Positions 36,021 to 44,633 are shown, numbered from the stretch's first letter. The stretch: 48,036 bases of DNA from a bacterium (GCA_037131455.1 JBAXRA010000001.1:1-48036), one strand, 5' to 3'. Program-made: numbers and translations. The notes: generated by a model not told the origin, from the letters alone.

Positions 36021-36060
36021 GAAATAAATAACCCCTCTGCACGCGATATGTGCAGAGGGG
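36021..36060 (-). terminator. rho-independent terminator of the Pro/Cys-rich lipoprotein gene
   Basis: On the minus strand: CCCCTCTGCAC-atatcgc-GTGCAGAGGGG, followed by TTATTTATTT. Confidence 0.75.
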
Positions 36061-36081
36061 ACAGATTGTGAGGGGGGGTTA

Positions 36082-36471
36082 CTACCTCCCGTAACGGAAT
36101 CCGGGAGGACCGCAGGGGTTGAATTGCGGTGGGGGGCATCCCTGCTCAACATAACGAAACCGTGGCGGAGGGAAATAGTTGAATCGGACTGGTGGCGGAC
36201 ATCCCTGCTCAACATAACGAAACCGTGGCGGAGGGCACGGACTGGGTTCAATCGGTGGAGGACAACCTCCTTCCCGAATGTAAACGGTCTCGTATTCAGG
36301 TTCAGGAACGTGAACCCGGCGGATAACCCTCTGTGGCGGTTCATATACATCTTCAACGCACGGAGGCTGTTGAGGTGCAGCGACGGTTTTTCCGTCATAG
36401 TACCTGTGGGGGCTGCCTACGCAGCCGGTGACGAACAGAGTCGCGATAAGCGACAGGATCAAGGTCTTCAT
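36082..36471 (-). CDS. Pro/Cys-rich putative lipoprotein with an internal 21-aa repeat (GC-rich islet D)
   Basis: MKTLILSLIATLFVTGC is a signal peptide with a lipobox (VTGC). The mature part is Pro-rich with the repeated PPPRFRYVEQGCPPP. It has its own terminator and a possible TTGACA promoter at 36565-36560. Confidence 0.65.
   Translation of the reverse strand: MKTLILSLIATLFVTGCVGSPHRYYDGKTVAAPQQPPCVEDVYEPPQRVIRRVHVPEPEYETVYIREGGCPPPIEPSPCPPPRFRYVEQGCPPPVRFNYFPPPRFRYVEQGCPPPQFNPCGPPGFRYGR
36137..36235. repeat. tandem direct repeat, 63-nt period, with a 36-nt identical core
   Basis: catccctgctcaacataacgaaaccgtggcggaggg occurs at both 36137-36172 and 36200-36235. It is in frame and encodes the repeated RFRYVEQGCPPP block. 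Confidence 0.9.
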
Positions 36472-36565
36472 GGTATGTGGTTTTCTTGGTTGAGGTTAGC
36501 CAGTTTGGCTAACCAATGTTGACGAACAGCAGACCTAATAATGCCAGATTTATTAGGTTTGTCAA

Positions 36566-37666
36566 CTATATCTTAAACTCCACCACATCCCCATCCTTCA
36601 CCACATACTCCTTCCCCTCAGTCCTCATCAAACCCTTCTCTCTCGCCACAGCAAAACTCCCTGCTTCCAACAAATCCTTCCAAAAAATAATTTCCGCTCT
36701 GATAAACTTTTCCTTAAAATCAGTATGAATGGCCATTCCAGCAACAGGAGCAGTTGAGCCCTTCGCAATTGTCCAAGCCCTAGTCTCTGCCTTTCCAGTC
36801 GTAAAATATGTTTCTAAATTAAGTAATTCATACCCTTTCTTAATTAGTGCATTTACACCATCGTCTTTTGCTCCTAATTCCTTTCTAAACATTTCCTTTT
36901 CATCTCCTGCTAGATCTTTCAATTCATGTTCTACTCCTGCATCTACTATTGTCCACATTGCATTCTTTTCCTTGAAAAAATCCATTAATTTCTGATATCT
37001 CTCATCATTCACATCGTCCAAGTTTGTACTTCCCGCCTTTTTATTCAAAATGTACATGATTGGCTTCATGGTAAGGAGTGTCAAACCTTTGGTCGCATCA
37101 ATTTCCTCTGGAATTAATTCAACTTCCCTAGCCATTTTTTCAACTTCAAGTCCCGCCAAGATTTTTGTAAGGGCTTCTTTTTCTCGAATAGCTAACTTTT
37201 CACCCTTTTTTACATCCTTCTCTAGCGTTCCCAATCGCTTTGTAACGGTCGAGGTGTCAGCCAAGATCAATTCAAGATTAATTACCCCAATGTCATTCAG
37301 AGGATCAATTTTCCCATGTACGTGTATTACATTTCCGTCTTCAAAAATTCTCACTACTTCTGCAATTGCGTCAGTTTCTCTAATGTGTGACAAAAATTGG
37401 TTTCCCAAGCCTTCTCCTTCAGATGCACCTTTAACAAGCCCTGCAATGTCTACGAATTCGATAACAGCGGGGACAGTTTTATCAGTTTGTGAGAAATCGG
37501 AGAGTTTATAAAGTCTTTCATCAGGAACAGGGACAATTCCAACGGATGGATCGATGGTGCAGAATGGATAGTTTTCTGCAGGGACTGATTTTTTAGTTAA
37601 TGCGTTAAAAAGCGTAGATTTTCCTACGTTTGGGAGACCGACGATGCCGATTGCTAGTTTTGCCAT
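36566..37666 (-). CDS. ychF: ribosome-binding ATPase YchF
   Basis: GIVGLPNVGKSTLFNALT, the TGS-like C-terminus, and a typical length. Confidence 0.95.
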   Translation of the reverse strand: MAKLAIGIVGLPNVGKSTLFNALTKKSVPAENYPFCTIDPSVGIVPVPDERLYKLSDFSQTDKTVPAVIEFVDIAGLVKGASEGEGLGNQFLSHIRETDAIAEVVRIFEDGNVIHVHGKIDPLNDIGVINLELILADTSTVTKRLGTLEKDVKKGEKLAIREKEALTKILAGLEVEKMAREVELIPEEIDATKGLTLLTMKPIMYILNKKAGSTNLDDVNDERYQKLMDFFKEKNAMWTIVDAGVEHELKDLAGDEKEMFRKELGAKDDGVNALIKKGYELLNLETYFTTGKAETRAWTIAKGSTAPVAGMAIHTDFKEKFIRAEIIFWKDLLEAGSFAVAREKGLMRTEGKEYVVKDGDVVEFKI

Positions 37667-37765
37667 GGAGAGATGATAGCATAGAAATACTTTTTTAATA
37701 GCATCTTATTAATTTAAATTCGGACATCCTCCCACCTTTGGAGCCGTGGTACGTCAATTTCCAAT

Positions 37766-37794
37766 TTGCTTCTTTGAACATTTTTTGATATATT
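37766..37794 (+). promoter_or_regulatory. sigma70-like promoter with an extended -10 (TTGCTT-17-[TGa]TATATT)
   Basis: TTGCTT at 37766-37771, TG at 37786-37787 and TATATT at 37789-37794. The ttttgatat context matches the promoter at 3455-3466. Confidence 0.4.
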
Positions 37795-37799
37795 ACAGG

Positions 37800-37886
37800 T
37801 GTGCTTGTGGGGCGTCAGCCCTATTCGGCTAATACATAAGCTGAAGGCAAGCATAACAAAACACCCGCTGTTAAGCGGGTTTTTTG
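37800..37886 (+). ncRNA. candidate small RNA of about 85 nt, class unknown
   Basis: Lies between the promoter above and the terminator at 37864-37885. A closing helix tgcttg/caagca (37802-37807 / 37848-37853) encloses GC-rich hairpins (gggc-gtca-gccc, or alternatively agcc...ggct). No ORF is present, and there is no downstream plus-strand gene. Confidence 0.3.
37860..37886. terminator. bidirectional rho-independent terminator
   Basis: cccgct-gtta-agcggg with an A-rich 5' flank and a T6 3' flank. It lies immediately after the stop of the minus-strand gene ending at 37891. Confidence 0.75.
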
Positions 37887-37890
37887 TTTG

Positions 37891-38370
37891 CTAGTCCTCA
37901 TCGGGATTACCTTTCATTGTAGTAAAAAACTTCATATCCCTGTACCTATTTGTAGTCCATGCAGGGATAATGCTCCAAAAATGCATATTACCGCCGTCGC
38001 CAATTTGTCTTAAAATTACCTTGATTTTTCTTCCATCAATAATAGCTATTATGCCCCAATACCTTACAGGTTTTGATTTTCTAACTTTTTTCTTATGATT
38101 TTTAACTTCAAACTCTTTTAAAGTTTCCTCAAACTCTTGATACGTAGTAGATAGTTGAATTAATTTGACCGCAAGGTGAAGTAGTTTAAATCTAATTATC
38201 TGCGACGGTCTTTCTCTTTCAGACCGTGACCCTTTGAAAATTATATGGTTAAACCCCTCTGAACTAAAGAGTACATTCTGTTTGAAAATGGGCGAGAAAA
38301 CTTTACCAATATTATTGTAAAAATTATTAGCACCTGTTTTTAATTTTTCATAATTGGACAGATCTTCCAT
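37891..38370 (-). CDS. hypothetical protein (monocistronic)
   Basis: 159-aa soluble, basic ORF with its own AT-rich upstream region and terminator. I recognised no motif with confidence. Confidence 0.55.
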   Translation of the reverse strand: MEDLSNYEKLKTGANNFYNNIGKVFSPIFKQNVLFSSEGFNHIIFKGSRSERERPSQIIRFKLLHLAVKLIQLSTTYQEFEETLKEFEVKNHKKKVRKSKPVRYWGIIAIIDGRKIKVILRQIGDGGNMHFWSIIPAWTTNRYRDMKFFTTMKGNPDED

Positions 38371-38492
38371 AAAAGTATATTAGCATAGTAATATTGTATT
38401 AAAAATATCAAATTATTCCTGATTAACTGTGTTGTCAGAAAATGAGCCATGCAGACAAGTAAATTAAGCTTCTGCCAATTAGCTTCTCTAAA

Positions 38493-39755
38493 TTACTTAT
38501 TTTTTAATTTATTCTCAATATCAAGTATTATTCTCTCACTCTCCTCATATGATTTCTCTTCATCTGGTGTCAAAGTACGATTTTTATTTTCCCTGTAAAG
38601 TTTCAAGTACTTTATACCCTCATCAACAAATTTCTGTTTATTTTTAGCACTCATAAGATGCTCTGCATCTTCTTGCCATCTGTAAACGCCTAAAACTTCT
38701 GGAATGAAACCGAGCTTATACTTATTACTAATCCTATTCCACAATTCACTGTCTTCGTGAATACCTAATTCTTCACTAAACATACCTAGTTCATTAAAAA
38801 CGGCCCATCTCATCATTACAGTAGAGGTGTGGATAGGAACAAGATCAACAAATGCTGATAACAGCATATTATCCTTGGGAGGGTTACGCTTAAAGCGCGT
38901 TACATCTAGATTTTTACCATCAATGTTTAAATACTGATCCGTATACACTAAAGGAATATAGGGATGGCTTTCTAAAAAATCTACTTGTGCTTGTATCTTC
39001 CCTGACAACCACAAATCATCCGAATCGAGAAAAGCCACATACTTACCTTTTGCATTTTTAATACCCACGTTCCTCGCACTAGATACTCCTCCGTTTGGTT
39101 TGGTGATAATTTTAATTGGAAGATTTAGAGATTTTAAAAATTCAGCGGTTCCATCAGTTGATCCATCGTCTATCACTAGAATTTCCATGCCGTTAAATTT
39201 CTGATCGATGGCACTCTGGATAGCTTCAACTACTTTATCTTTTCGGTTATAATTTGGAATAACAACGCTAACAATTGTCGTAGCAATTCCCTTTTCAATT
39301 CTCCTATCTCTCATGGTCACATGATCCTTTACAATTTGATCTCTAATTTCATCCCAGGAATCAACGGTGGATTTTATTTTATGTCCCGCGCGAAGTTCTT
39401 CATTCTTGCTTGTAAGGTCATATTCTTTCCAAGAACCAGCTTCATTGTTTTGTAACGATATCCAAGCATGGTCTACTGAGGAATCACATTCTCCATGAAT
39501 AAGCTTTATCTTAAAGCCTAGGTGTCTCAACATTGTGGCTGATATGTTTGCCATAGCACCACAACTTACTATACCTTTTTCAAAAGCTTCCTCGGCTGGA
39601 GTAAATCGGGATTCAATGATACTTTTAGGATTATATTTTTCTGGTAGAGAGTTTGCGTGGTCGTGAATATAAATATTTATTTTGTGAACGAGTTCATCTG
39701 TGGTTTTGGATTCTTTTTTGAAAGCTTCAACGGCTGTATAGATTGGTGAGGTCAT
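38493..39755 (-). CDS. fusion protein: N-terminal transglutaminase-like cysteine protease domain and C-terminal family 2 glycosyltransferase
   Basis: The N-terminus GIVSCGAMANISATMLRHLG...DHAW follows the Cys-His(-Asp) transglutaminase-core pattern. The C-terminus VSVVIPNYNRKDKVVEAIQSAIDQKF...ILVIDDGSTDGT...FLDSDD carries the GT2 DxD signatures. Confidence 0.75.
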   Translation of the reverse strand: MTSPIYTAVEAFKKESKTTDELVHKINIYIHDHANSLPEKYNPKSIIESRFTPAEEAFEKGIVSCGAMANISATMLRHLGFKIKLIHGECDSSVDHAWISLQNNEAGSWKEYDLTSKNEELRAGHKIKSTVDSWDEIRDQIVKDHVTMRDRRIEKGIATTIVSVVIPNYNRKDKVVEAIQSAIDQKFNGMEILVIDDGSTDGTAEFLKSLNLPIKIITKPNGGVSSARNVGIKNAKGKYVAFLDSDDLWLSGKIQAQVDFLESHPYIPLVYTDQYLNIDGKNLDVTRFKRNPPKDNMLLSAFVDLVPIHTSTVMMRWAVFNELGMFSEELGIHEDSELWNRISNKYKLGFIPEVLGVYRWQEDAEHLMSAKNKQKFVDEGIKYLKLYRENKNRTLTPDEEKSYEESERIILDIENKLKNK

Positions 39756-39817
39756 ATAATGATTATATCACTCCAGATGCTTTATTTATTGATTACATGA
39801 GGTTGGATAATGTATGC

Positions 39818-40057
39818 CTACTTCCCCATCAAAATTTTCTGCATATCACCCTGATATTTTCTCATCACTTCCATCGTCGCCTCCAATTGTGACTTATTCT
39901 CATGTTTTTGCTTGTTCTCTATCTCATCAGAAATCTTCTTAAAAAATTCTGGATTATCTTGAACCGCCTTTGTAATAGCCTCCTGTTGTGCAGGTGGTAA
40001 GTGCCCAATTTGCTTTTTTAAAGCCATTTTTGTAAAAAAGTCTCGTATTTTTCCCAT
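39818..40057 (-). CDS. small hypothetical helical protein
   Basis: 79-aa charged ORF, 12 nt downstream of the histidine kinase gene on the same strand. Confidence 0.45.
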   Translation of the reverse strand: MGKIRDFFTKMALKKQIGHLPPAQQEAITKAVQDNPEFFKKISDEIENKQKHENKSQLEATMEVMRKYQGDMQKILMGK

Positions 40058-40069
40058 ACGTCTATATTA

Positions 40070-41638
40070 CTATTTTTGCTGAGGTATTGTAAAGGTGAAG
40101 GATGTCCCCTTGTCTTGACCTCCCGAATCTACAGTTATGTTTCCATTATGTCGCTGTATAATTTTTCGCGCCATAAAGAGCCCGATTCCCATACCTTCTG
40201 TGTCGGCAAGACGGGCGTTTGCAGTTCTGAAAAACTTTTCGAATAGTTTTGGAATATCATCTCTTCCGATTCCAATACCACTGTCCTTGATAAAGAATAC
40301 GAAACTATTGGTAGTGTGGTACATACGCACTGAAATATCAATTTTTCCTCCTTCGGGTGTGTACACAATCGAGTTTTCTAATAAAATCTGTATCGCAAAC
40401 TGTAATCTCGTCTTGTCAGCATTTATGAGTGGCAAATTGGGTTCATAATTAATGTGGACCACCAAATGCTTACGTGAAATTTGATCGTTATGTGCCTCAA
40501 TCATGTTTTTAACAACCTCCCTAACATCAAAAGAAGTGATGTTGTAGATACTTTCCACTTCTGAGTTCCGAGCTACGTCCATCACAATGTTTGTTAGTTC
40601 AAAAAGACGCATGGTTGCATATTGAATTTGTTCAACTTCACGATTTCTTATCTGTAAGTCTGGCTCGTCACGTAATTCCTCGGACATCCAGCGAATGTGA
40701 GTAAGCGGTGTTCTAAACTTGTGACTAATATTATTAATGAATTCATATTTCAAAATGTCGGCTTCGCGTAGTTTTTTCATGGTAATAAAACCTACAATGA
40801 CAACGCAGATTCCCGACAATAATGGAACAAGCCAACTTGGGAAACTGACTACATTTTCTATCGCATAATCGTTAAACCAGTTGACGCCAACAATAAGGAG
40901 CCCTGCCATACTTGTAAATACAGAAAAATTAACTGCTCTTACAGCCACAATGTGAAGATCCAGCAGTTTGTAGTTTAAAATAGCATAAGCAAGAATAATT
41001 GTGTGTATTCCAACAAATGCTGAAAATAGCGGGTCTGCATTTATTCCAAATATAGGCAAAAATGCGATTGAACCTGTTCCATATGCCCACATAAAGGCTA
41101 TTAGAAGGTACGCAACACGAGTTTTCTCATTACCAGATGTTTCAAGCCATTTTTTAACAAGTGTTCCTAAGAAAAAAGTGGCTACTATCCCGAAAAAAGC
41201 AACAAATATCCAATAGTATTGGCCTGGTGTAAAGAAATTCTGAAGATACAAATACGGATGAGAAGATTCAAGGAAAAATTCTGGCTTTATAATGAAAAAC
41301 ACTAGCAAGGCTGCGGCCATTGAATAAAAAGCAATAATTACCTTTTTTAGTTTTACGCTCAATCCTAAAAGCTCCCATACCATGTGTGCGTTTACTGTAA
41401 CCGTTAATAAGTTTACAAGAGTAAACATCAGATAAAACTTAGACAAGTCTGGATCTGCAGTATTCACTCCTAGATAATATGCAAGTACAAAAATAGAAAA
41501 TAATAGGTTTGTTAGTGTATATAATACGTTTACAAGTCTATCCTTACCTTTAATCAAAACCACAATACCTGCTATAAGCGTCAGCACTCCTGAAAATATA
41601 TATCCTGCATTATGAATTAACAAAAGAGAATTATCCAC
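40070..41638 (-). CDS. sensor histidine kinase with a multi-TM sensor domain
   Basis: About 8 TM segments, the H-box FINNISHKFRTPLTHI, and HATPase_c motifs (N, G1 DSGIGI, G2 GMGIGL). GTG start. Confidence 0.88.
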   Translation of the reverse strand: MDNSLLLIHNAGYIFSGVLTLIAGIVVLIKGKDRLVNVLYTLTNLLFSIFVLAYYLGVNTADPDLSKFYLMFTLVNLLTVTVNAHMVWELLGLSVKLKKVIIAFYSMAAALLVFFIIKPEFFLESSHPYLYLQNFFTPGQYYWIFVAFFGIVATFFLGTLVKKWLETSGNEKTRVAYLLIAFMWAYGTGSIAFLPIFGINADPLFSAFVGIHTIILAYAILNYKLLDLHIVAVRAVNFSVFTSMAGLLIVGVNWFNDYAIENVVSFPSWLVPLLSGICVVIVGFITMKKLREADILKYEFINNISHKFRTPLTHIRWMSEELRDEPDLQIRNREVEQIQYATMRLFELTNIVMDVARNSEVESIYNITSFDVREVVKNMIEAHNDQISRKHLVVHINYEPNLPLINADKTRLQFAIQILLENSIVYTPEGGKIDISVRMYHTTNSFVFFIKDSGIGIGRDDIPKLFEKFFRTANARLADTEGMGIGLFMARKIIQRHNGNITVDSGGQDKGTSFTFTIPQQK

Positions 41639-41646
41639 GTGTTCTA

Positions 41647-42909
41647 TTATACCGTATTTTTCAATTTATCAAAAAAGTTTCCGTGCTTATCATATGGGAT
41701 AAGTTTACTATTTTTCGACTCTTGGTATTTTTTAATTGCTTCCATAAGCTTCCAGCCAGCAATAATCTGGCCAATATCAGCTCTTAGCATATTATTTCCA
41801 TGCAAAGCTCCCAAAAGCACATATTCATATGCAGATCTGTCCTTCTCTGCAATTGGCAGAACAAAGGTGCTTTTGTCATTAAATGTATAAATTATTTCCG
41901 CTCTGACTTCTTCCATAGCTTTTCCAAAAGTCATTCTAAATCTCGTTCCCTTCCACTTTTTTAGACTAGATCTTAAACCAATAGAAAAAAATGTTTCTGT
42001 TTTCGAATCAGGCTTTACATGTTCTTCATCGAGGAACCCTTTGTACTGTCCAAAAATATGAGGTTTATTGAGGTCAAGCTTCAAACTATTAATAAATAAG
42101 GTCTTTGCTTTATCCAAATCTTTTATATCCTTATAATCAGCCGCAGCAGTTGCCAGAACCTGAAGAAGGTGGTTCTGCCCTACATCCTTAAGCGCACCCA
42201 CATCGTCATAAAACATCCCACGACCTGAAACAAGCTTTTTTTCCAAAACTCTCACCTCAATCTGTTTAATATTTTTATCGCCTAAAACGTGTTCCATATA
42301 TCCAAGAAGCCTAATGTTCATAAGGTCAATCACAGGTTCTTTGCCCAAATAATGGTCAATCAATATTAGTTTTTTTGGATCAAGCTTTGAGACAATCTTT
42401 GTATAAAGTTTTTTAGCAGATACCGCATCTTGGCCAAATGGCTTTTCAATCATTAGATGAAAAGTCTTAAGAGACATAATTTTAGATTCTACCAAGCGGT
42501 CAATTATCCCTTCATGCATCGAAGGTGGCAGTGAAAGCTTACAAAAAATCGAGCCGTCTTTTTTTGATAACAATCCAATATCCAAATCTTTCTTCAATCT
42601 TGAATATAGCGCAGGATCATTTAATTCACCCTGCACGTAGACTGAACTTAGGACAAAATTATGTTTAAAGTTTTCCACATCCGCATCTTTGATATCTAAT
42701 CTGTCTTTAAAATTAGCAGATGTGACTTCGTCAATAGATTCTTTAATTAAGGCGTGAAATTCCTCTTTGGATATTTTTTTTCGACCTACACCAATACATA
42801 AAAAATTATTCTGATCGACTTCTTTGCGAGCATATAAATTAAATAGTGCCGGCAACATTTTGTGCCTAGCTAAATTACCTGTAATTCCAAAAACCAAAAA
42901 CATGGCCAT
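41647..42909 (-). CDS. zwf: glucose-6-phosphate 1-dehydrogenase (short form)
   Basis: NADP-binding VFGITGNLARHKMLPAL, the active-site IDHYLGKE, and GQNHLLQVL. Confidence 0.88.
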   Translation of the reverse strand: MAMFLVFGITGNLARHKMLPALFNLYARKEVDQNNFLCIGVGRKKISKEEFHALIKESIDEVTSANFKDRLDIKDADVENFKHNFVLSSVYVQGELNDPALYSRLKKDLDIGLLSKKDGSIFCKLSLPPSMHEGIIDRLVESKIMSLKTFHLMIEKPFGQDAVSAKKLYTKIVSKLDPKKLILIDHYLGKEPVIDLMNIRLLGYMEHVLGDKNIKQIEVRVLEKKLVSGRGMFYDDVGALKDVGQNHLLQVLATAAADYKDIKDLDKAKTLFINSLKLDLNKPHIFGQYKGFLDEEHVKPDSKTETFFSIGLRSSLKKWKGTRFRMTFGKAMEEVRAEIIYTFNDKSTFVLPIAEKDRSAYEYVLLGALHGNNMLRADIGQIIAGWKLMEAIKKYQESKNSKLIPYDKHGNFFDKLKNTV

Positions 42910-42928
42910 TCAAACATTCTACACTATA

Positions 42929-44062
42929 TTATTGAGTAGTCGTAGTGGCAGTAGTAGTGGAAGCTGTAGCAGAAGTGCTTGATGCAGTCGCCTCAGTTGA
43001 TGTGGCAATTGTCGAAGTTCCCATTCCAAATCTGTCGAGAAGGGCCTTTAGTTGTGGATCAGCATCACGTTCTATCATGATAAGGTCCTCAGCCTGATAA
43101 ATTTTCTGTGAAATTATCTGCAGGATTCCAAAAGCCTCACTTGTGGTAGTTGTGCTCTGAAGTAGCAAAGTACACTGTGTTAAATAATTATTAGTATCAA
43201 AAAGAAGCGCCTTTACAGTTGAGGCTGTGTCTGTAGACAAGTTAGTACTTGAAGCAATTAGACTAATTTGATCAAATTTAATCTTGAAATCTGCAAATTT
43301 TATCTGTGCCTTTTCCAGGTTATTTGAATCCGCCTTTATTTCCTTTGAATCGATATCGATTCGAGATGCTGTTGAAGTAGCAATTTGGCCACGAATATCG
43401 CTAATAAGTGAAGATATCCGTGCATTATCAGTTGAAGAGGCATTATCAGAAGAAATCTTTTCAAGAATCAATTCATGTGCCTTCAAAGAAGATTCAAAAT
43501 CAACCGCTAACTGTTGTGCGGCACCAAGGTCGTTTCGCGATACAAGAGACGCCACTCTGTTTTTAAACTGAGTGACATTTTTTGCCAATTCTTTTTTAAT
43601 TAAAGTCTGACTTGTTTGATCAAATCGTCCTTGTGCGGACAGTGAAGCGGCCTCTTGTAGACGTCGTTCTGTTACATCAATTGCCAAGCGAGCCTTAGCC
43701 TCTGGTGTAAGAGCCGCGATATCACGAACTTCTTCGTTAATATTTATTTTTAAAGAATATAAAGCGTCTCCAGGTAATGCCATTTCAGCCTTGGCCAAAA
43801 GTCCGCCTGAAATAAATAGTACCGCTACGACTACAAAAGATGGGACAAATCTACGTGACAGAACATACGAAGACCATGAACGGCTGAGGTGATTTTTTAT
43901 TGAAAATGGAGATTCGACAGATTTTTCAGCGTGTTCGAGAATACTTGATTTACCCATCTCGATATCAGTTGTAATACGATTAAACACCTCGTTTTTTTCG
44001 AGTTCAGTCATTTTCTGCTTTCTGAGCATTTCTATGAAGTTGTTTAATCCTTTTTGTGTCAT
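42929..44062 (-). CDS. putative anti-sigma factor (single TM segment, extracytoplasmic DUF5667-like helical domain)
   Basis: Lies immediately downstream of the ECF sigma gene (4-nt gap). It has a cytoplasmic N-terminus, a TM segment FVPSFVVVAVLFISGGLL, a PGDALYSLKININEE motif, and a Thr/Ser-rich tail. Confidence 0.55.
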   Translation of the reverse strand: MTQKGLNNFIEMLRKQKMTELEKNEVFNRITTDIEMGKSSILEHAEKSVESPFSIKNHLSRSWSSYVLSRRFVPSFVVVAVLFISGGLLAKAEMALPGDALYSLKININEEVRDIAALTPEAKARLAIDVTERRLQEAASLSAQGRFDQTSQTLIKKELAKNVTQFKNRVASLVSRNDLGAAQQLAVDFESSLKAHELILEKISSDNASSTDNARISSLISDIRGQIATSTASRIDIDSKEIKADSNNLEKAQIKFADFKIKFDQISLIASSTNLSTDTASTVKALLFDTNNYLTQCTLLLQSTTTTSEAFGILQIISQKIYQAEDLIMIERDADPQLKALLDRFGMGTSTIATSTEATASSTSATASTTTATTTTQ

Positions 44063-44066
44063 TTTA

Positions 44067-44633
44067 TTAAATTGTATTGTTTTGAGTCATTGGTTGTACT
44101 GTGTCGACCCCGAAGTGATCTTGCATGTCCTTGAGGGCGCGGTGGATCTTTACGGATACCGTGTTTTCACGCTGACCCGTAACATCTGCAATTTCCTTGA
44201 CTGACAAGCCGTCCATATACCGCATAATTATTATGTCTCGGTCTTCTACATCAAGCACGTTCAGCGCATCGAGTACGATCGACATATCGACCGCGTCATG
44301 CATTTCCTCTTTGGCTTGATGATTGTCTGAAATGTCGAAATGTAGAATTTCCTCCAAAGCATCTATCGACATCGGCTTGACCTTTCGGTAAGAATCTATG
44401 ACCAAGTTTTTAGCTATTTTGAATAGAAATGCCCGGGGGTTTTGTAGCGCTTCTGAGTTAGTCGATATATGACCCCAGATCTTTACAAAGGTGTCTTGGA
44501 CTACGTCCTTGGCCTTTTCTCGGTCTGAAAGTTTATACAATGCGAAACGAAATATCTCGTCTGCATGGTTGCCATAGAGCTTTTCGAGGTGCTCCCTTTT
44601 TTCTATATTGTCGGCCTTTTGCTTCTGTGGCAT
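44067..44633 (-). CDS. ECF-type RNA polymerase sigma factor
   Basis: Region 2 DVVQDTFVKIW and region 4 LSVKEIADVTGQRENTVSVKIHRALKDMQ. 188 aa. Confidence 0.88.
   Translation of the reverse strand: MPQKQKADNIEKREHLEKLYGNHADEIFRFALYKLSDREKAKDVVQDTFVKIWGHISTNSEALQNPRAFLFKIAKNLVIDSYRKVKPMSIDALEEILHFDISDNHQAKEEMHDAVDMSIVLDALNVLDVEDRDIIIMRYMDGLSVKEIADVTGQRENTVSVKIHRALKDMQDHFGVDTVQPMTQNNTI

Noticed and set aside
35975-36139. 55-aa N-terminal extension of leuS given in the ORF track (start at 36139)
   Set aside because: The extension runs through the terminator and 3' end of the GC-rich lipoprotein gene and is Pro/Ser/Arg-rich junk. The conserved LeuRS N-terminus begins at the ATG at 35974.
36012-36522. 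ORFs 36012-36398 (minus) and 36124-36522 (plus) in islet D
   Set aside because: These are alternative-frame or antisense shadows that stay open only because the segment is GC-rich. The 36082-36471 frame has a lipoprotein signal, in-frame repeats and a terminator.
37700-37760. GGTGGGAGGATG on the minus strand upstream of ychF, as an SD plus a 10-aa mini-ORF (MSEFKLIRCY)
   Set aside because: The GGAGG abuts the ATG with no spacer, and the mini-ORF has no supporting features. It is probably coincidental.
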